Shown: piece by piece, positions 51,096 to 64,000 of the stretch
Numbering within the stretch: position 1 is the first letter of the stretch
Layout of the letters: the number at the start of each line of letters is the position of its first letter
NCBI RefSeq assembly: GCF_006345805.1
Contig: NC_043008.1
Span: 15,190,001-15,254,000, forward strand
Direction of reading: 5' to 3'
DNA length: 64,000 nt
DNA from: Octopus sinensis
Taxonomy: Eukaryota
Notes under the pieces: generated by a model
Told to the model about the DNA's origin: nothing
Databases searched by the model: none
The model's input: the letters and a program-made list of their open reading frames with translations, nothing else
Made by a program: the position numbers and the translations under genes

Positions 51096-51134
<39 letters not shown>

Positions 51135-51160
51135 TATTATTATTATTATTATTATTATCA
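50915..51160. repeat. (CAT)n to (TAT)n trinucleotide array
   Basis: Read directly. Confidence 0.95.
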
Positions 51161-51352
51161 TATGAAAACTCACAGCTTATTTTGTTGGGTATGATGGAAC
51201 GTGTCAGCTGTCCACAGCCAGCAGACTAAGGTGATCCTTGTTTATTGGTCATGCTTCAAGAGCCCTGCGAAGAATTCTTGCAGTTCCAAGCAATGCGGGT
51301 TTTTTTAGGTGCTGTACCATCACACTTGCACCAATGTGAAACCTGCCATTCA
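51161..51352 (-). mobile_element. Third R4/Dong-type 3' terminal fragment
   Basis: The minus strand encodes ...LKKPALLGTARILRRALEA*, then a short UTR and a (TAA)n tail, paralleling the C-termini at about 22075 and 26570. Confidence 0.8.
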
Positions 51353-51499
51353 TTCGACTAGATGATGTTCATCTGAATATCCTGTTTCAGAAAGAGATGC
51401 AATATCAACATTAAGACGCCATAGCTCTGGACATGGTGCGATTACCCGACCAGACATCGAAAACCAAATGTAGTGCGATTGCTAAACGGCGTCCTGCCC

Positions 51500-52121
51500 C
51501 TACACGTTTCTGTATTTACTTTGCTGCATTGCTTTGGTATGCTTTCAAGGACTGCAACAGAGGAATAATCGGAAACAGATTTCGGACATCTGGTCGAATT
51601 TTTAAATTTACCCGGTTTAACTGCAAAGCAAAGATTTTTTATATACTTGTTAGAGACTTACTTCATGCTAATAATGCTGATTCGTTGGCACACTCGGAGC
51701 GTGTTATACATTTATGGGCCTATTTTCCACTGCATGTGTACGTTTCAGGCTCAATTAGTCTGGGGGGAAACCAAAGTAATGTTTACTCCCGTGCCAGGAC
51801 AAACATATTCTGAAGCAAACATTTTTTTCCGAATGAAACCAAGTTAGAAGTCATTGACATCTTTGTTTACTTTGGAAGCACACTGTCAATAGATGGTAAT
51901 CTTGATGCAGAGATATACTATCTAATAGGGAAGGTAACTGTTGCATTTGGATAGCTCGAAAAGCGATTATGGGCGGATTGAGGTATCTTCTTGCAGAGAA
52001 AAAATCTGTCTATAAAACGTGTGTATTGTCTTCACTTCTTTATTCAAGTGAGACAGGGACCACTTACAGGCGTCATATGAAAATGCTTGAGTGATTTCAT
52101 TAAAAGTACCTCAGACATATC
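51500..52121 (+). mobile_element. RTE-clade LINE RT fragment (decayed)
   Basis: AFKDCNRGI...FRTSGRIF...VRDLLHANNADSLAHSE...FVYFGSTLSIDGNLDAEI...AFG*LEKRLW...LLYSSET.TTYRRH, characteristic of RTE RT. Confidence 0.87.
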
Positions 52122-52124
52122 TTA

Positions 52125-52253
52125 GTGCTATCTTACGTACTGGGTCGATGTAATCGACTTAATCCCTTTGTCTATGTTTGTCTATGTTTTGGTGAAATGT
52201 CTTACAACTGTAATATCTTCATAAAAAATTTTATTGCCCTTTGGGGATTAAAG

Positions 52254-52255
<2 letters not shown>
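52125..52255 (+). mobile_element. Family C SINE 3' part
   Basis: ACTGGGTCGATGTAATCGACTTAATCCCTTTGTC...GCCCTTTGGGGATTAAAGAAATA matches about 2215-2300. Confidence 0.8.
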
Positions 52256-52315
<60 letters not shown>

Positions 52316-52336
52316 ATATATATATATATATTATAC

Positions 52337-52405
52337 TAATTAGAGATAAAACCACTATTAGGCAAATCAAACAATGAAAAACATAAGCCAACACATAAAA
52401 TTAAC
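52337..52405 (+). repeat. Single arm of the hairpin element family
   Basis: TAATTAGAGATAAAACCACTATTAGGCAAATCAAAC...ACATAAAATT directly after (TA)n; homologous to 45961-46030. Confidence 0.7.
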
Positions 52406-53179
52406 TAATTTATTTTATTTTAAATATATATCAAAAATGTTAAAAGTTTAATAAAGGATAATGTGTGCGCATATATATATATATATTATATATACATTAT
52501 ATATATTATATATACATACATATACATATATACATATATATATATATATGTATATATAATATATATATATGCGCACACGCACACCCATTACCTCAGGTAC
52601 ACATACGAACACATTCACTCTCATATATTGCATGAGTTACAAGGCTCTGTTGTATTTTCATTCAGTACATCAAGGTTTTCTTTCCAAATTTTGTCAAGAT
52701 TTCCTGACTCACACATTGGTCGCAAGATCTCCAGGCCGTCCTAGTCACATCTTCAAGGTGAAGTGCTATTCGTGTGAATTGCTTCCTGGGCTTAGGTTAC
52801 CCAAACATGAATATTATATATGTTACTACCGGAATTTGAAGGGAAATTCAGAATTGTTCTTTTGAGTTCTTATTGGCCTTTGTGTGTTTGCTTTTTTGCG
52901 TAATGGTGTGTTCTATGCACGCCTTTGATCCTTTACGCATAGAGAATTAGAAGTACGACACAAGAACTTCCTTATAGGTATTAAACTAAGATGGCTTAGA
53001 AACCTTGATGATGGATTTAGGAGCGTCATTTTTTATAAAACAAACTGCAAGTAAATCACATGAAACTATGAACAAAAATAAAATCTAAAACAGTCATGAA
53101 AAAATGTAATGGTATTTGAATATTTGAATAATATATGATTAAAAGAAAATGTACTCATTCATGAATCATATGTACCTAT

Positions 53180-53334
53180 ATATATATATATATACATACA
53201 TACATACGTACATATATATATATGTACGTATGATTAATGTCGACGATAGTATAAATACACACACACACACACATACACGTATACAAATATAAAGATATGG
53301 ATGTATGAATATGACTATGGGGTATAAATATATG

Positions 53335-53366
<32 letters not shown>

Positions 53367-53508
53367 TACATACATACATACGTACATATATATATATGTA
53401 CGTATGATTAATGTCGACGATAGTATAAATACACACACACACACACATACACGTATACAAATATAAAGATATGGATGTATGAATATGACTATGGGGTATA
53501 AATATATG

Positions 53509-53530
<22 letters not shown>
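53180..53530. repeat. 174-bp tandem duplication with microsatellite borders
   Basis: GTCGACGATAG at 53239 and 53413; the unique parts appear identical. Confidence 0.92.
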
Positions 53531-53567
<37 letters not shown>

Positions 53568-55681
53568 ATATTTATATATATATATACGTATGTACTCACA
53601 TGAAGATGGTGCATATGGGTGATAAATTGATCAAGAGAGAGAGAGAGAAAGAGAGTGTGAGTGAAGGAGACGCAGGGAAAAAATCGACGTATTAAGCATC
53701 TTACTGATAAAAAGCCATAAATTTGAATTTGCATATTTAATAGAAAGTTGTTCCGTTATTATTGCTTTAAAGAGAAAAGTTTTCTGAAGTATAAGTAAAT
53801 AACGTACAATTATATATTTATAAATGACAGTTTTATATTGGGAATGAATCAGAAGACTGACTCACGCAAAAGAACAGCGTGGCTGCCCTCTGAATGTTCG
53901 CAGTTTAATGCAGCATAGACCCGATAAATTGAAACGGCTATATATCATTTGTGTTGTTTTGTGCGTTTTATTAGATTAAATATGTGTAACACGTTATTGA
54001 TGGTGAGCAGAGATAGGAATTTGGAATGCATATGGATTTTATTTTTTTATTTCTACAGCCTTCTCTGAAATATTTCCTTATAGTAAGGAACGTTGGCTTA
54101 CGAAGATATTATAATTCTCTCGTTCAGCATTTTATCATATTAGAAAATCCGTTCATATCCAACCAAATGGGAAAAGTTATCGTGCAGTTTTGTTAATTTA
54201 CAAAACCATAGACACACCATTAACCTTCCGTGACCCTATTACGACTTGTATTTGGTTTATTTTGCTTTATTTTTCTTTTGGCTTGGAATGCTGATAGCCT
54301 TTTGCATGGTGATTTACTAATCTCCAGTGGTTGCATGCGTAATCATTTATTTGTTTTTATTTATTTTTATTTATTCGTTTTGATAAATCTTTGTATCGAG
54401 TCCCTAATCACCAGAGTCATTCTACAGACAATTACTGAATTCCAGACTAAACTATTAGGGAATGAAGGATATAATTCGTAATGTTATCTCTTACGGACTT
54501 GATTAAAATGCCAATGAAAACTTATTTTTCAATGGAAATTACCAGAAAATGAGCGAACTATCAATTATTTGGTAATTGAGCTCTGGGGAGATCGGGCAGT
54601 GGTAGCGATAATAACGATTTTAACTTTTTCTGTCGAGTGGAAATCATTTCCGGAAACAAAGGCAACACGAATGGTATGCATGAACAATGAATATTTAACA
54701 TACCGTAATATATATACTGCATTGTTTCAAACAGATATATCATTTCCCTACTTGAAAGTACTGGAAATCCTGCATTGAAGTCACATGCTAATGTGTTAAA
54801 CAATTTTAAATGAATTCTGGAAATGTCTTTCTAAAGACGCCAAAGATACAATCTTTTCAGTGAGAAATCAATATTGACTCAATATCAAAACAGATTTAAA
54901 ATGATCAATAGAAGAAATCTATTTCATCTTATTATCTAGGTATTACAGAGAAAGAAGATTGGGATTCACATAGACATTATTTTGGACACTGCGCACTGTT
55001 GGGAATATAAACTTTCCTAATTCTTGGCAAGAATAAAAGACTTGTATTTAATAAGTGAAGAGGAATATGATTCATTTGCCAAGATTTTTCTCAAGCTACC
55101 AGTGCGATTAAAATGATAACTTCTTGCTAGATTTCAAAACTTCCAGAAGCGAGAATGCAACCAGAATACAAGCAGAAGAAAATGCATGTATTCATTACCA
55201 TATTAATCTAGATTTATTATATTCTCCTTTTATCGATCCGCATTATATATATAACAGGTTGTTCTTTATCAACATAGGTGCGGTCTGTCTCAAGTATAAT
55301 TACATTATTCTGCCGCGTTCTATTTTTGCATTTCCGAAAATTATTATTCATTACAAGATCAATCCGTTCTAATACCTGCAAAAATTTGCAATGCATAGTT
55401 TATCGTCACGTGTTACATCAATAATCGGCTTCAGAATAATCTCTTTTTTCTTCTTTCATATTATTTACATTGCATTCTCAAACAATAACAGCATAGGCAA
55501 TATGAGTTGAAAGAGTTGTTCAACACGCCAGCAAATGTTCTCTGCATTAGCTATTGTTCTTACAAGAGAAATATGAAAACGACTATTTTAAAACCTTGTA
55601 TACATACAAATATACACACATACCATACACATACACGTATATGCATGTATGTATGTATGTACATAAAGAATTGTGGGTTTA

Positions 55682-55758
<77 letters not shown>

Positions 55759-56734
55759 GCATATATGCATATGAACTACATATAATCATGTGCTTGTATA
55801 TGTGCATAAAACGTATATGAATACGTGTATATATGTATGTGTATATGTATGTGTTTATGTATGTATAATGTATTTAGTTATCTATCTATCTAGCTTTCCC
55901 TCTGTATATGTATGGTTATGTATGTATGTAGATATATATTGTTTACATACAGGCACACACATGCACACGTACACATAATCATACACACACATATATATAT
56001 ATATGTATATATATATATATGTATATCCAAATGCACACACCAACAAATGCACACAGACACACATACACACACACACATATATATGTAAATACATATGTGT
56101 GTGTATGTAGAGTGGGACATAGTGCCCCATATACGACTTAAAGACATCACCAGGTGATGCTACTAAGTTAGGCAAGGCATGGGCCTATACTGGCCAAAAC
56201 CTATCGAAGTTATTAAAGTTATTGTACAAAATTGCGTGGTTATTTCGAAAATTATTTGATTAGAAATAAATTCATGCATTCACATATTATACGGAATAGT
56301 AAAACACCCAATAAAATTAATCAAATATCACAGTTTATAATTCTGTCGTCAGACAAACGAGTAAAATTTTAGATGACTAACCAACCAGTCTGCGAACCAA
56401 CCAACTAATTCTTGTCATATATTAAGCTAATTCGTTCATGAAAACTTCCAGTTCTGTGAAAGTAGTTGTAAATAAATACCGTATTTGTTGCCTGTAAGAC
56501 TCACTTTTTACTTATAAATGTCTGTAAATATTGCTCTGTGTATAATACCGTCGTTTTACGTGACGAAGGCCGAATTTAGGTAGCTGATCGAACTGATACA
56601 AAATATCCTCGCAAAACATATGGGTTTTGTATTTTGTATAGAAATTCACTTGACCAAAATATGAACGACTATGCAGTTGATCTGAAGGATAATGAAGCTG
56701 AGATGCTCTCATAACGTACTCTATTCTTTTATTT

Positions 56735-57209
56735 TTTTACTTGTTTCAGCCATTAGCATGTGGCAATGCTAGTGCACCATCTTGAAGAATTTTTAGTCGA
56801 ATTAATCGACCCTAGAACGTTTATTTATTTATTATATTTATTTATTTTTTTAATACCTGGTCCTTATTCTCTCGGTCTCTTCGCCGAACCGCTAGACTAC
56901 GAGGACGTAAACATACCAATACCGGTTATCAAGTGGTGGTGGGGTAGAAGAAAAGACACAGTCTCACGCACATGCACGCGTGCAAGCTCACACGCACATA
57001 CACACACACACACACACACATATATTTATATATATATTAATACATATACGATAGGCTTCGTTCAGTTTCCGACTACCAAATCCATCCACAAGGTTTTGAT
57101 CGGCCTGAAGCTGTAGTAGAAGGCACTTGACCAAGGTCCCACTGCGTAGGACTTGACCCGTAAACATGTGGTTGGGAAGTAAGCCTCTTATCACACAACC
57201 ATTCCTGCA

Positions 57210-57212
<3 letters not shown>
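56735..57212 (-). mobile_element. Family A SINE, diverged full length
   Basis: All family A landmarks in order, with a (CA)n(TA)n centre. Confidence 0.85.
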
Positions 57213-57246
<34 letters not shown>

Positions 57247-58064
57247 ACACATACACACACACATAATATACTTACAATTTCATACTTTATTCCAGGAAAT
57301 TTTTAACAGCACACAACATACATTTTCCTTGCAGAACTACTTTCGAATCTCTTTAATTATTTATATGACGAAGCGCACTAAATTTGCATTTTTCCAGAAT
57401 ACATTCTCATGAAGTAGATGCGAGTGTTATGCGAGTGTGCGTCTTATACGCCGGTAAATATGGTGAACTTCTGTCTGTGGAGCCAACATAATTAAAACCC
57501 ATCGTTTGTCAGATAATTAGCAGTGAATCCTTCTTGGAAAGGGGAAGACGATACTTGTGACGTATCGGTTGTGTGAACGTCGTAAAGTTTATTCGGTCGC
57601 AGATTTAGCGTAATACATTTTACTCAAATAATCAACTATTAATTTGATGTTATATCAACAGGTATATATATAGTATCTCTTGTAGTGACCACAGCGGCCC
57701 TTCATGGTTGAGATCAGCTGAGGTATGATGCAGATTATTTAGAGAGCAATGATGTGTTAATAGATTCGATTGTTTGTGTCAAATTTGATCTGGCTTGCTT
57801 CAAGTAATGTGTGAGATGACAAATGTTAGAACAGGCTGAAGACTTTTGCGTATATAATACGAAGACAAATTCTTCAAATAAATTAAGCCAGCCACTGAAC
57901 ATGAATTAATAAGAAGATTCTAAGAAAACATATGTTCGTCTAATCTTTTTTAGTGTTACTCGGCAAAAATAAGTGGAGATTATTTATCAAAATGAAATAT
58001 AATTTTCCTCTGCTAATAAATCAGTTCTTTAATGAAAGCCAGGTGAACCTGTCATTTCATTATT

Positions 58065-58111
58065 TAGAAGTATATATATATATACATACATATATATATG
58101 TATATATATAC

Positions 58112-58158
<47 letters not shown>

Positions 58159-58176
58159 ATATATATACATATACAC

Positions 58177-58235
<59 letters not shown>

Positions 58236-58400
58236 GTATATGTATATATGTATGTCTATATATATGTATATATGTATATATATATGTTCATATATATACA
58301 TAATAGATATATGTTAATGTGTGTTTATAGATGTACAGCACATATATATATGTGTATGTGTGTGTGTGTATTTATATATATACACACGTTCGTTTGTTTA
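58065..58400. repeat. (TA)n/(TG)n microsatellite
   Basis: Read directly. Confidence 0.95.
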
Positions 58401-60279
58401 TAAATGTTTATATATCTTAATATATACACATGCCTATATTTGTTCTTATTTGTCTATACTGTCTGAATCTAGTGTTGCAGCATCCTTCCACTTGTTTATT
58501 ATTTCAACTAGTATTCAGTAGTCAAAAATAAACGATACTGTTTTTGACCATATTTGGTCGCCTCCGATCATGATTTAACGTTTAAAATGAGTCAATGATA
58601 AAATATCTCTGCGGTTGCTTAGGCTGCTAGAAATAGCTGTCATATCCTAATCAAAATAGATGTTGTTTCAAAGCAGAAAAAAATGCCTAGAACAACAACG
58701 TACGAGGTGGCTGTGAGAGAAACTTCCCATGTATTAATGCCTGTATTTCTGGCTAAAGAAGAACAGCAGTAATGCTAACAAAACCATATTCATTACCATA
58801 CAATACCATTAAGTGGCATTGATTTGCGGCTGTAATTATTTGACTTTAAGTCTATTTCAAGAGAACAGCGTCAATAGAGTCACCATTGATTAATGACACT
58901 GACTGCGGTTTGTTTTAGATAAAGCCGGATCGAGTAGTCATATATTACAAGGCATTCCATCCTACTATTTTGTCTCTGACACTGTTCTGCATTATTCAAC
59001 GAGTCTTTAATATTTTAAAATAAATAGAGTACGATTTAGTGAAGAGTTGGCATTTACCTTTAGCAGATCGGGTGGCAGCATCGGGTTTATAAATGTGTAG
59101 ATGTTTGCTCTCTGTTTCTGGGTAAGAAACTAGCCTCCTCTGGCATTTTACTTGGTCTGTATTTGAGTATAAGTAAGGAATCATTCAACTGAACACAGTC
59201 AATATACCACGCATAATATATTGTTTGGGTACAATTACATGAGCTGTGTCATTAGTAATTATGGATCTTTGCCCGAATCAAATACTGGATAGGTATGTAA
59301 ATAGGAAGTAGAAATCTATAAACATACATTCTGAGTATACAATGTTGGCGCCATTTTCCTATGCGCCATATGAAGGAACAATGCACCCTCTCTCTGAAGG
59401 AACAATGCACCCCAAACTATAGTATCCAGTAGTGTTTTTTCCTTCAAAATTGACTGAGTGTTATAAGGAGATTTGCTGACTATTTCTTATATGCCACAGG
59501 TTCGCAAGTTCCATCGACAATTTCTTATATCTTAGGTCATAACTCAATTCGTTTCCAAATGAATTTGATTTCACTTTATTTCTTTTATTGTGTACAAAAG
59601 CTGCATCTTTGTAAAAACAGAATTAAGATGTTGAAACATTTATGCCTTCTACAAAACAAAACCCAAAAAACAATTGAAAAGTAAATAGGTGCAGCTTTCT
59701 CGTGTCGAATTCGATTCTGATTTGGCGTATCTCTTTCTCGCAAAAGTTCCAATATAATTTGGCAGAAGGCAAACTAAATCTATATAAAATGTATTGACAA
59801 GGATCAAGCAAGTGACAATTTAGGTTTTAACGAGTGTTTAAGTCACAGATTTTGTCATATGTGAAACCAGTATATTTACCAGATTAGTTAAAACCAATAA
59901 ACTTAGGACTGGAGGCAAAATGCGTTTGTCTTTTAGGCTTGCGTGTCTTTTTGCTTCCTTTCAGATGACAACAGATACAATTAGATGATGTGGTTCCACT
60001 TTATAATACTCAATAATTAGATATCCGTAAGAGAAATGGATTTGTTGACTCATTTGAACGTCGGACAGATTACGTTGCGGTGTTTGATACAACTCTTTAA
60101 AAACTTAATTCAATTGTTACAAAAGTCAGTTATATCTTTAGCCATTCTGGGGTCAAGAAGATAATTTGCAGATTAAGAACAGGGGTTTGAGTTACTTGCC
60201 GAAAATCCTCCCTCCAGATTTCATGAGTTGTATTTATTTTAGAAACAATTATTATTGGGTCGTTGGTATAGTAGAGTCG

Positions 60280-60480
60280 GTAGAGCTTCGGATAAAATAA
60301 CTTGCAGTATTTCTTCTGGATCTTTACATTCTGAGTTCGAATCCTTCCTGTAAGGATAAGTTTGATTTTCATCCCACCGGAGTAGCTAAAATAAAGTTCC
60401 ACTCAAGTACTAGAGCCAATTTAATTGGTTACAACGTTCCCTTCATATTTCTGACTTTGCACCTTTGTTTGAAATTTCAG
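60280..60480 (+). mobile_element. Highly diverged family C-like SINE
   Basis: CTTTACATTCTGAGTTCGAATCC...TTTTCATCCCACCGG..TAAAATAAAGTTCC. Confidence 0.5.
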
Positions 60481-61260
60481 TGAAACATAACAAAGAAAGA
60501 AGTGGATATTGGATTAGTTGGCGAAGAGGGCTAATAAAACCGAAACATACCCGCTGCTGTATTCTCCTTTCCTGAAGTAAAAGCATAGACGCGTGTGAAT
60601 CTATTGGTGCAAACAATACAAGCGGTGGAATAACGCTAAGACAAAATTAAGTGAACTTAGTTGATCGAGCTCTAAACGGTAACGTGGACACAGTATATTT
60701 AATGTATATATATGTGGAAACATGTATGATTCAAGTAGTTATGATATGATGGACGTGCTCGCATCACCTCTCTGTTGCAATAATTATTTTAGACACAGAA
60801 TATTACACTCGACATCAAGAAAAAATTAGCACTGTCACGCTTTAATTGTAACAGATATACGTAATTTTAGTAACTATAGATATGTATGCACTAAATATTA
60901 CTAAAGACCCATAAATAACCAAGGAAATTACTCTCTGGCAACTAGCCGAATCTGTTATTCACGGTGTTCTATAATTGTCGCTATGGTATTTAGTAGATAT
61001 TTTATTATTTATTTTTTAATATTTATTGTTTTCTGTCATTGATTTTAGCTATGATTTGGCAGTTATTCAAAACCGCTACCAATCACTATTATTTTAGTGA
61101 CTGACAAATAATTTAATGACCTAGAAAGACTGAGAGCCGAAGTATATACCTGGGTATAAGTTGAGTGCGAAAAGCGGTAAGCAGATTTTTGAGGATGAAT
61201 CTTTACAATACAGAATAAAAAAAAAAAGAGCCTCGCTAAGATAGCAGAAATGATTCTTTC

Positions 61261-61472
61261 TAATAAAGGCACAAGGTTGGAAATTGTTGGGGTGGGGACA
61301 AGTCGATTTCATCAACCCCAGTGTTTTACTGGTACTTAATTAATCGACACCGAAAGGATGAAAGGCAAGTTCGCCTCAGCCTCACTTGAACCTAAAACTT
61401 GAATCTAAAACAGACCAAATGCCGCTAAGCATTTTGCCCGGTGCGGTAACGATTCTGCCAGCTTGCCGCATT
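61261..61472 (-). mobile_element. Family C SINE, diverged
   Basis: The reverse complement has the head GCGGCAAGCTGGCAGAATCGTTACCGCACCGGG and the core TTGCCTTTCATCCTTTCGGTGTCGAT. Confidence 0.85.
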
Positions 61473-61564
61473 AAGACAGGAAAGATATTAATGAAAATTG
61501 TATGTGGGCTTCCGGGTGCAGCATAATCTCACATACATACATACATACATCATACATACATACA

Positions 61565-62045
61565 TGGTGGCTGACCCCTCGTTACGAGTATGGCCATTGC
61601 ACGAAGCTTAATCAATGTTGTTATCGTGCAATGCCTGTGCAAGAAGATTTGTTTTAAAGTGAGGAAAGGCAGTGCACTGCGTCAATCCCACTCACTAAGC
61701 AACAGCAGCCATAATCCGAAAAGAAGAACAAATCAACATCATCGGTAACCACTGAGCCGCAAGTTTTATGTCGGAGTTATCCCAGTTACCTGAGTTACCT
61801 TCTCCTAGAAGGATTCCCTAACAAAGGCTAGGAGTCCTTCACTCCCAATGGTTTAACCGCGCGATCGGGTATTCAGTCCGATTATTTGTATATCCCCGCA
61901 CATGATACAGCCTTTAGACATTTATTGGATGGCCGTTGACTCTAAAGAGTTCCTTCGCCTTTTGACAGGTTTTGTTTTTCATCCCGCCCATGCAACAGCT
62001 TGTACTGGGTTACATGTTACTAGTAGCACTCGAAAGTGACCTGAC
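61565..62045 (-). mobile_element. Probable LINE (RTE-like) 5' UTR remnant
   Basis: GC-richer block between (TACA)n arrays. The minus strand CTAGCCTTTGTTAGGGAATCCTTCTAGGAGAAGGTAACTC resembles motifs I recall from RTE 5' UTRs. No ORF. Confidence 0.4.
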
Positions 62046-62339
62046 ATAACATACATACATACATACATAACATACATACATACATACATACATGCATACA
62101 TACATACATAACATACATACATACGTACATACATACATACACGCGCGCATACATGCATACACACATACATTCATATACACATACATTCATACACACATAT
62201 ATACATATATACATACGTTGTTATATTATTGTTGTTATGTCCATTCAGAACAGGTTTGACCATTTTAATAAACCGTTTTTCTTTTATCTTTCTTGTAACC
62301 TGACTTGTGTCATGTAGTTTGTGGAAAGGAAAACTTAGA

Positions 62340-63520
62340 AAATTTTCTGACCACATACTTGTATATGTTCATGCAATCGATTTTGGCGAACATTGGCGTT
62401 CCGGATTTGTTGTCTGTGGACTCGTAAGCTTACTTTAGCTTACTTAAGAAGCAAATTGCGCGTAATTTTTTTTTTATAGCTGTAGTTTGCTCTTCATTTT
62501 ATTTCCGTGAAGACAAGAAAGCCGCTGGGCCTCTCAAAGACATATTTGAAGTTTATGGTGTTGATTGCTTAACAAAGCGCACTGTCAGAAATGGTTTAAA
62601 AAATTCAGTTCTGGAGATTTTTCACTCAAATATGAATAACGTTCTGGTCGACCTACTGAAGTTGATGATAACCGAATAAAAACCATAACTGAATCTGATT
62701 GTCATATAACTGTGCGGGGGATTGCAGAGAAGTTAAATGTATCACACACAACAATTGAAAAACACTTAAGATGTTTTGGACGCATTAAGAAGCTCCCTAT
62801 TTGGGTTCCATATAAATTGAAAGAGATTCTCTTAACACAACAACCTTTTATTTAAAACGAATCATCGCTGGTGACGAAAAAGGGATTGTCTACAATAACA
62901 TCAATCGAAAACGATAATGGTCCAAGCGTTATGAACAAGCGCAAACCACATTGAAAGCTGAATTGTATCAAAAGAACGTCATCCTGTCAGTTTGGTGGGA
63001 TTACAAAGGTGTTATGTATTTTGAGCTGCTTTCAAGAAGCCACACGATGAATTCAGACGATTACGGTAAACAACTAAGGAAACTGGAGAACGCAATCAAA
63101 GAAAAACGGCCATATTGGCAAATCGTAAATGAATCGTTTTCTACCATCACAACTTTAGACCCTACACGCATTTGTTAACTCGTGAAAAATTATTGGAGCT
63201 TAGTTGGGAAGTGATGTCACATCCACCATACAACCCTGACATTGTTCCATCAGAATACCCTTTATTTCGAAATTTGTAAAATTCTTTGAATGGTAAAACT
63301 TCGAATAATGATAATGACCAAAAATCGCACTTACTCAGTTTTTGGCAGATAAGGATCAGAAGTTTTATGAACGCGGAATCATGAAGTTTGTAGAAGATGG
63401 CAAAAGCTCATCAAACAAAATGGAACGTATAAAATTGATTAATATTCATTCCTTTTATGAAAAAGGAAAATGGCCTTTTTCACACTAAAAGTCCGAAATT
63501 ACTTACTTGCCAACCCACTA
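62340..63520 (+). mobile_element. mariner (DD34D-type) transposon fossil
   Basis: QKWFKKFSSGDFSL..RSGRPTEVD...IWVPYKL...RIIAGDEK...KNVILSVWWDYKGVMYFELL...HPPYNPDIVPSEYPLF across stops and frameshifts. The right end TTACTTACTTGCCAACCCACTA is TIR-like. Confidence 0.92.
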
Positions 63521-63544
63521 TGTACATATATATATATATATATA

Positions 63545-63745
63545 ACGGGAAGATTTACGAAAATAAACAAAAGACGAAGGCAGGTGTAGTACAAACAAAC
63601 AATGTATTAGTTTGGCGCTCAGGAATAGAAATAAAACAAGTATTTTACGTTTCGAGCCTACGCTCTTCGACAGAAAAATACACAGAAAAGAAACAAGGAG
63701 AGAAAAAAATTGCGTGTAGGGGCTAATAATCCAATGCACACACAT
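63545..63745 (-). mobile_element. Short Penelope pLTR-like element containing a hammerhead-like motif
   Basis: Abuts (TA)n; same layout as 17681-17880. Confidence 0.6.
63643..63676 (-). ncRNA. Minimal type I hammerhead-like motif (A6U variant)
   Basis: UUU-CUGUCGA-A-GAGC-GUAG-GCUC-GAAAC-GUA-AAA: perfect 4-bp stem II, ACGU palindrome, 3-bp stem I. Confidence 0.55.
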
Positions 63746-64000
63746 TCAAACACACATATATATATACATACATAATCATACACATGCGCGCACATATTTA
63801 CTCAGCTATGAATCCTCTGTACCGACTTAAAGACTCAATGATAAATATTTCTTACTTCTTCATATATATATATATATATATATTGTATTTGGGGATGGTC
63901 ATGTTGTCAGATTAGCTAATGGAAACACATTTGGTGTTCATTTTGTACAAAATGGCAGATCGTTAGGAAGGAGAGACGCAAAAAGGAAAGACGAAATAAA

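Overview
This is an AT-rich eukaryotic window dominated by repeats. The SINE families and the very high load of (TA)n/(CA)n/(TAA)n/(TATC)n microsatellites suggest a coleoid cephalopod, probably Octopus; that assignment is from recall and was not database-checked. I can support no intact host protein-coding gene, and most listed ORFs are microsatellite artefacts. Supported content: (1) three groups of tRNA-headed SINEs, labelled A, B and C here, about 25 copies or fragments; (2) one near-full-length but frameshifted R4/Dong-clade non-LTR retrotransposon (RT plus restriction-like endonuclease) and three shorter retro-fragments, all abutting (TAA)n; (3) two Penelope-like GIY-YIG remnants; (4) RTE LINE remnants; (5) three Tc1/mariner fossils; (6) a few decayed coding-like islands. 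The best candidate for an undescribed system is a set of short non-coding elements next to (TA)n arrays that carry minimal type I hammerhead ribozyme folds. The clearest is at 45879-46203: an 84-bp near-perfect inverted repeat whose loop holds a hammerhead (46065-46107) with an intact CUGAAGA/GAAA core. Three more hammerhead-like motifs with single core substitutions lie at 17780-17814, 30537-30574 and 63643-63676. Element boundaries are approximate unless a TSD is given.
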